From a virus: a stretch of 64,000 bases of DNA. This document shows, piece after piece, positions 38,501 through 47,500 of the stretch. The notes below the pieces were generated by a model. It worked only from the letters and a program-made list of their open reading frames with translations, did not search any database and had not been told where the DNA came from. The position numbers and the translations under genes are program-made. Each line of letters starts with the position of its first letter. Positions within the stretch are counted from its first letter, which is position 1. Location of the stretch: the IMG/VR virus record IMGVR_UViG_3300030109_003187, positions 3,213-67,212 of that record, one strand, 5' to 3'.

Positions 38501-41500
38501 GGTAAGAAATTTCTAGCCGCACTTCTTTTACTGTAATAACCGAACAATCCGTTATTACCTTGATTGGCACTCGATGATAGATAATGTGTTGCTCCAGTTA
38601 TACCTATACATTCAGTCGCATAGGTACTTTGACTTTCGTGGAAACTATTTTGCGAAACAGTGCTTTCATCCCAAAACAAATCACCAGTAGGGTATCTACA
38701 AGCGTTAGCCCTAACCATATCACCGCTTTGTATAGTACGATGCCATTTAGCGTCGGCTGGTAAAGCGTTACCGGCTGGATAATCATCAGCGGTACTCGGC
38801 CTGAATTGACTTTTGTGAATCTGTACTTCTACATGAGGGCCAGCAGTGGCAGGTCCAACATATCTGTCTTTGTTGTGAACCTTTCCAGTATTCCAAGCAA
38901 TGGTACCGGCGTGGATAGAGTCTCCTACACCCACCATAGTTAGCATGTCACCTGTACAAGTAATACTGTCACGGTCAGCCTTAGCGACCAATGGTAGTTC
39001 ACTCTCATGACTAATCACTATTAGGTGTCTACTAGATAGCCCACTTACACAAAAGTCAGATACAAATGCAGCCGACAAAGAGCCTTCTCCCGTCACTGGA
39101 GCAGGAGAAGAGCCAGCCAAACAAGTTTCAGCAGCGCCGTAAGGGTTGAAGCCTAAGAAAGGATGCCAAGCACCTAGACCAGCAGCATAGGTGTTACCAG
39201 TTATATCTAACGAGTTGAAGTAAGAATATCTTTCTCCATGCCAGCCAACTGCACCTACTGCTTTAGTTCGGTCTACTGCGTCTACATATCCACTAAAGTG
39301 AACCTGAGTCATGTGGTCTCTGGCCGAATTACCAGAATCGTTATTATATCTGTGAGTACCTGCTTTAGTCCAAACATAAGCCTCGTAAGTCGTACCTCCA
39401 GCAAGACTGGTCAAGTCTGTGTTGTTATGAGGGTTGACGAAATTGGTCTTGTTAGAGCCGCCGGGGTTAATACCAAGCGTCAAAGTTAGGTTAGGTGCTG
39501 AATAGGATGTTGACACATAAGGTGCGTAATAAGCATTAGTTCCGTCACTCATCCTTACCCAACCGTATTCGGGTAATTTGTCAAAACTACCATTGATGAC
39601 TACAGTACCAGCAGCGCCGCCGTCTCCATCAGTTTCTTGATTATAACTCTGAACAGTTGCTTTGACCCAACCGTATCTGTCTTGCTTGTGAGCATTTTGC
39701 ATAGATGGCATAAATGTACCACCCATAGCCTTGAGCGGGTCTGTACCGGGGAATGTATTGATTGAAGCACTAATAATAGTAGCCAATTCTTCTGCGTTTT
39801 GAACACGAGTTGCATCAACTATGACTATGTTGTTGCTTACCCCTTGGTTAGTAGGTGCACCTCCGTAATAACCTAAGTAAGCCTTTGCTAACAAACCACA
39901 AGGTCTGAAAACTGTAGGGTTTCTAGCAGCCCCGCTACCATTAGCAATTCTAGCAGCAGTACCAGTAGGGTGGTCAGGGTTTTTACTTACATGGTTATCT
40001 AAGAAATGACCGCCCGGATGATATCCACCATCCATGTGCCAAACAGCAGCAGACCGCCTAGTTTTAACGAAGTTAGAGCCACCTATGGTATTCGCAGCCC
40101 CTCCGCCAAATCCTACAGGGACATGGTTAAACGGATGGAAATGCTTGGGCCTAGCAGATGCAACTGCACTACCTTCGTAATAGAAAGCCTTCACATTAGT
40201 TTGGTCGTAACTTTTAGTAGCGCTTGAATCTTCTGACGGGAACCCTTTGGTAGGTTGCCAGTTCATTACATAATTAAACGCAGTCTCGTTGTTTTTCTGG
40301 AAAAAGGTAGTCATGGGTAAGTGAGCCAAAGCCACTTTGTCAGCAAGCGCACCTCCAGCACCTCTATTGAAACCACTATGCTCAGTAGCATCACCGTTAG
40401 CCAATTGATTTGGTAAGAATGTATCTTTAGTCGCATCGTTGTTGTAATGAATAGGTACTGCACTGTAGCCGTTACCCGCTGTAACTATATCAGCACCCTG
40501 TGGCTCATGTGCTGCTTGGTTGTGTGGAAAAGCCTGACCCGGACCAAATATCATGTAGGTAGTTTGGTTGTTTGTATTTCCTGACGAACTATACCTAGCG
40601 TGAGGGTGAGCAAATCTAAGAACTATTGGGCTAGGTATGTTTACACTGACTGTGTTAGGGCTACCGTTAGTCGCACTGTCAGTATATGTTACACCTGTCA
40701 CTTTAGTGTTAGCACCCTTAGCCATGTCGAAGGTAAGTATAGCATCTTGGTTAAAGAAAGGAGGATGATTCTGACCTTTGTGTTGGTCAAGATAAGGTGT
40801 ACCGGGGAACATAGCCAGCATAGCATTGGTATCGAGTAGTGCGTAAGAGCCAGCCACCTCTCCTATATTCTGCATACCTGCACTACCTGTTGGGCCAGAA
40901 GAATACGGATGGGTATAGAATTCGCCGTAATCGTTTTGCGTACCGTCGTTTATGTCGACAACCGCACCGCTAAATCCACCACCGAAGTAGAGGGGCACCC
41001 AGTGGTCTGGGCTATCTCTACCGCCACGGAAGTAAAGGAACGGACTAGATTGTTTGCTACCTGCTCTTCTGATACCATCTGTTTTGATAGCATCGTAAGT
41101 GTCAGCGTATCCTTTGAAAATTATATCACTAGCCGACGGTGTAGACCAATTAGAAGAACTAGCGTTACCTACATAGACAACTCTAGTAACGCAGGCTGAG
41201 CCGGGCTCACTTCTTACTGTAGCATATTTGTCAGAACTATATCTAATTAAGAAAGGCTCGCCCCAACTGACTGCATTGTTACATGCAAGTTTACCAAACA
41301 AAGCCCATGTTTGGCCGCCTGCTACATCTATGTTGGTAGTTCCACTAGCGGCACTTATCAGCGCAGATGGTGAATCAATTCTAGGTATAATTCTGTCACC
41401 GGCTACATCAATGAAGTTTTCACCTCTTAGATTCCTTTGCCAGATTGTAGTATCGACTATGTTGTTTTGACTATCGACTAGCACAGGGGTAGCCGTATTT

Positions 41501-44500
41501 GCATTCGCTCCTCTATACTTGGTTGTAATTTGAAGTATAGTAGAAGGTATGTAACCAATGTCTAAGCGAGTACCTGCATCCATTTCACTTGTAGATAAAC
41601 CACCAGTGTGCTTATTGCTTACCGCAGCATCAGTCGAAGCACCATCAAGTAAACCAAAGTCTTTGGTTATGTCTACTTCAAACAATTTACTTAGAGGCGT
41701 TTTATTGTCAGCCATCGTCTTTATTCTAATAGCGGTAGGGCTGACACCCCAGTCGCCTAATGTTTTTCCATCAGGAGCAAACATATGAGTACAGTCAAAA
41801 CTAGATGCTTCTACACCTTCTTGCTCAGAATTTGATGAGTTAATAGCATATTCTACAGCGGCGGCCATTACTTCGTCAGTTAATAGACAAGTAAAGTTAA
41901 TTCTAGGACTGAGTATTAGACCCGGCCCGCCGGTAACTATAGCGGTAGCGTTAGTAACACCGTAAAAGAAATGCTTGTTAGATGTACCACCGGCCTTAGC
42001 AAAATGAGAGCGACTAGTATAGAATGTAGTCATACCTTGGTTTCCACTAGTCCCTGCGTCGTCGCTTAACTGCAACATACCGGATTCTGGGAAACCAAGA
42101 TAGCCTAATATATCTGGGTGAGAAAAGGAGCCACCGTTATGATAAGGGTCTGTTAATACAACTTCAAGTGTAGTCCCACTAAGTGTAGCGGTAACATGTA
42201 TCCCTACATGTGGACTCGGATAATTGTTCCATAAGTTACCTTTGAAAAACTGCAAAGTTCCACCAGTCAATTCTCCGCAGACTTCACCTGTACCAACCAT
42301 GTGTTTACCTACAGTGAACCCGCCTTGCCCGACATCTCTGTCATCAAAATGAATGACAACTTCTTCATCTAATGTAGGTGGTAAGTAGGTATTGTCGTTA
42401 GCGAAACTCTCACCAAACTGCCTGTAAACAAAACGAATGGTATGGTTATCCCCTCTGTGGTCAACCATCCTTATCCCATAAAGCGGCGACTTGCCAATAT
42501 TCTGCTTTTTCATGTCATCTTGGGGTATGTATCCACCAGTCGTGCCAACCGTAGTTTCAGTCATGGGTCTGGCTGCGTTAGTAGCACTGCCATATTTAGT
42601 TCGGAAGTTAGCCTGTGAACCGTCATTATCGTAACCCCATCTACTTACATCAGGTGCCCAGCCGGGTATACCTGCTTGGGTTAAGCCACCAAAGTTAATT
42701 CTGGCTTTTGCTCTAGTACCCACCCTTAGTCCGTCTACTAAAGTAGAGGAAGGGCTTTTAGTTTCAAATGATTCATTAAGTAAAGTGTTACTGTTTCTAC
42801 CGCTGACTAATTCTATATTAGCATCGGCTAATATCCCCGGACCAACTATACCGTCTGCTCCTAGGTTGAGATTATTTATGAAAGGGTCACTGGGGTTTTC
42901 TGGAGGTAGGTGTTCTTTGAGTGTAGTAATAGGAGCAAATGGTCTACCGAATCTGTTGATAGGCATGGGGGCTGGGTGCATGTTTTCACCAGTTACCTCA
43001 TCAGGTTGGCACCAGTAATTTCTGAATCTACCACCGTGACCAATAAGGAATTGAGGTCTGTAAGGGCTCTGTGCCTTACTACTGTCTAGCCAAGTACAGA
43101 AGTTACGACCAGCAGCGCCCGGAATAGTAGAGTGTATAACTATAGAAAAGCCCGGATTATCTTCCGAGTCAAGTACTACTCTTCCTAGATGCGCTCTTAC
43201 ATAACCCATGTGAGTACCACGGTCATGACTGGAGAAGGCCTTGCTTGTATCCCAGAATGGAGCAGGGTCGTGAGTAGAAGCAGTTGCTGCAAAGTCAGCA
43301 TGAAGATGAGTGGCAGCAGGGTCTATGTTGCTACCGTAAGCGTTTGATTTAGGACCGGGGCTGGTCAAGTCAAACTTTGCACCATCTCCTAAGAATTGGT
43401 CATTAGGTCTACGAGCATGTGTCTTACCATTTTTGGCACCGGCTTGATTGATTAGCCTAACTACTTCTCTAGCAGCAGACTCTATATTAGTCACGCCGTC
43501 TTTTAGGGCTACTTCTCCTAAATCAACACTAAGTCTTCTAACGAAGTCCATTTGGTTCCAATGGTTTAGGTATTGTAATCGAGTTTCATCGTGAGATGTC
43601 AAATCAAGAGTGGTGTTCCTTATACCCTTCATAGCCAAGAAAGCAGGTATTACTCTAGTACCGTCAGGTGTATCAAAGAAAGTAGATGATTCTCTACTAG
43701 TCGAATCTATTATCTGATGGTCGGTAATTGAATCGCTAGCAGATGCCACTGCTGGGTTAGTCCTAGCACTATAACTATCTTTGGCTATACTACCTAACCC
43801 ACCTACATTATGTTCAGATAAGCCGCCGGTTACACTTTTATTAATGTCAGAAGCATGTGCGTAACTGGCTTCTATAAAGTCTGATTTTTCTGTAGCGAGT
43901 AATAATTTATTTTGACTAGGGAAACCTGCCGCTACATCTAGTTGAGAACCTAAACCAGTAACTGAATTTACTATAGTACCGGCTGCTGTAGTACTTACCT
44001 TTGAACCTATTTTAGCAGCAGCGGGGCTAGATTGTACTTGCATATGTAAATCTTGGAATGCAATAAATTCACGGTCATGACCTACATCGTATAGCAGTAT
44101 TCTAACAAAGTCATCAGTACACTGGTAAGGGTCTAGGTAAGCAACTACTGGTACAACTGCATCATTTTCTAAAGCCTCATAATTTAGCCCAATCGTTTTA
44201 TTGATATGTTGAACTAGATTCTTAGCAGTTTCTATACAAGTATTACCGATTAAGAAGTTCTCTAAAGGTATGCTATCTCTAGGGTTATTGTTAAGCGTAC
44301 CTTGTCCACCATTAAAGCCAGTCCATACTTCTGCTTCGTTTAGCGTTCCCCGACTCTTACAAAACAAACCTTCGATTGCGTGAGGATTAGTATAGTGCAT
44401 GTTCATCCATACAGTATCACCTTGTCTTAGACCGCCGGGGCAATAAGGATGTGCCCAAGCCCTATTGAGGAATGTTTCTAACACTTGAGGATATGTGGTG

Positions 44501-47500
44501 TTTCCGGGTATAACATGCAGGTCTTCAACATATATTTCGTCACCCGAAAGAGGTGTAAATCCATTATCTAAATTAGTAGGGTTTAGTACATTACCTACTC
44601 TATTGTTGTAAAATGCTCTTTTTACCGCACCGCTACCGTTTACAAATGCAACCCTATAATGGTAGTTAGCATTAGGGGTAGTAATAGGGAACAAATTAGC
44701 ATCATCTAAGACTAGAGGTACACCTACTAGTAATGTAGCATTAGTCCCCCCTGCGCCGTTTACAGTAACCGTATCACCTATAGCATAACCAGTACCAGCC
44801 GTATTAATACTTGCAGCGGTTATTGCATTACCACTAACAGTAACATCTACCGTTAGGCTTGACCCTGTACCACTAGCAGTCGCTATATTTGTATGTGAAC
44901 CATTAGTATAACCACTTCCAGCAGAAAGTATAGTAACGCTGACTGGTACACCTAAGTTAGTGGTCAAGTTAGCCCTAGGTCTTTTACTGACTACTTTAGG
45001 AAGGTGAGGGTTAGTCGAAGGGCCTGCTTTCAATTCAATAGCACTTACATACTGTTTGAGTCCGTAATCGGTGTTACCGCCTTGAGTCATTACATTTGAC
45101 CTATCATAATAGAACGACCTGCGATTCTCATAACCAGCACTGATAAGACTAGGATTATCAGCAATACTGTTGTAATTCATATCTTGATATCCGGGTGCTG
45201 GAGTAAGATGTGCACCTACTTTGAGGTCACGGAAGAAATTTTCACTGGCTATAAAGTCATCACCATGAGCACCAGCAACTTCTAAATAATGACTGGTAGT
45301 ATTTCTTGCATCATATATTACCCACTCGCCGTTTGGTAAGAAAGCCCTACGATACCTAGCACCTCCGCTAATACCTGCTACATCTGTAGCCGGTGCAGTA
45401 GGTATAGGGAAAATGTTAGCATCTTCGACATATATCTTATGGTCACTAGTAGTATAAGGTTGAGTAACCTTGGTACCGCTGCGATGTAATTTGTTTTGGA
45501 TAGAATAAGAAAATGGGCCAAATATCTCAGGGTCTTGCGGGGAAATCGAATCTGGCCTCCTACCTACAGGATTAGGACTCCAAGAATGAGCAGTATGTGT
45601 AGCGTCTACATGCAGTTTCATACTGTTGTCTGGTCCGGGGAATATACCTTTGTCAGGGTTATCAAAGAAGAACTCCTCAAACAAAGGAATCTCAACCAAA
45701 GCCCTAGTACTGGCGTATTGCGTACCTAGTTGGTAGTCGTGCTGAACAGTGTCTAAGGATTGGAAAAGTCTATCATTAATAGTAGTTCCATCATTACACA
45801 TTGACTCTTCACTAAACTTGTCGTCTACATGCAGTACACTACCTTTTACTATACCAGTAGCGGTTATCCAGTTTGCGAAAGTATCTGATTCACTACCGTC
45901 TGCTTGTAAGAATTTACCTGTACCTAACTGACTGCCCGATGCAAATGTGAACACATCTCCTGTTTTACTAGCGTATTCAGCACTGGCAAATTGAATCTGC
46001 TCTCCCTGATTACCGGCTATTTCTAAGTATATTCTACCTGTTTTAGGGAAACAATATGTACCCCATGACTGTAAATCGGTAGCCTTGTTGTTAAGAGGTA
46101 GAACAGTGACAGTGGTAGAAGAAGTAGCACTGACTGCTGTTTGACAATCTCTTCGAGTGTTCCACGCTAGTCTAGCGAGTGGACTTGGGTCCCATGTTTC
46201 CTTGGTGTTAATCGCACCTTGACCTGCGCCTCCAAGAGTAATCGCCACTACTGGTGCACCCGGCATAATCTCTTTGACAATATGAGAATCTGGGCTTGCA
46301 GAACCCTTTACACTGACAGTAGATGATGCAATGTCACTGAGCAAACCGTGCGCTCTAAGTACAGTGTTACCGTCATTATCATTTCCAAATGACAGCACTC
46401 TACCTTTAGATGACAGATGCTCGATAGTAATATGATTACCAATACCTTTGTCAGTAACTACCTTCGATAACTGAGCAAAGCGGCTCCTATTACAAGGCTG
46501 TACTACTAAACTAGTAACATTCTTTCTGGACTTGTGCTCAATGATATCAAAGTATTCGTGTACAATTGTGCTTTGGTTAGTGCTACCTCTACCCGCAGAC
46601 TGAGGCTCTATGAATAATTCATCATCGTCTACTACAGCGTCAGCGATGCCCGCTCCTATAGTGACGCTGTTAGTAGTAACTGCTGTGACTATACCTAGTA
46701 GTTTACCATTGGCTTTGTAGATATTATCATCAACTGCAATCAGTTGGTTAGCGGTGCCTCCATCAACAGACATAGCAGCCGTAGTAGATGCCGAATAACC
46801 ACCGGAGTTATTTATTTTTAAACCAATTCTTCCTCTACTACCGTTACTTGCTTTTCTAAATTTAACACCAGCGACCTCAGAAAAGTCATCTGTTCTAACT
46901 AAATTAGTCTTTACTAAAATCTTATGGAAAACAGAAGACCTAGAGGCTAATTCTGATTGTGCTACACTTATTGCTTGAGGGGTAGTCTGAGGGGTATCAG
47001 AACTAGACTGTGGTAGATAGTTTGTAGGACACAGGCTCAAGTTTAGTTGGTCTTCACCTACTATGCCCTCAGAGTCTTCTCCTTCTAAATGACCATCTTC
47101 AAACGGGAACAAATCAGGCGTATCAAAGGTAACTAATCCTCCGGGTGCTACTAAAGCAAGTGGTCTGATAGCCATGGAATCTCTCATCAAATCTATGATT
47201 CGAGTAGTACCTGTAACGATAGTACTAACATCAGGTAAGGTTTTACTTACTAACAACTTAGGAGAGCCGTCTGCTAGTTTAACTATTGCATTGTTAACAG
47301 CAGCGGTATTGAAACTGCTATTGTTAGGGGTTGCTGAAAACACTATTGTCTTAGCAGAATGGCTTATCTTAGCAGTTTGATTAGTAGCGCTACTAAACGG
47401 TTTATGCCCATCTATAGTTATCTTTTGGGCAGGGATTACTGCGCTGTCTGTACCAAAAGACTTGATACTCTGTAGAGTTAGTGTCGCTGTTGATATGTTA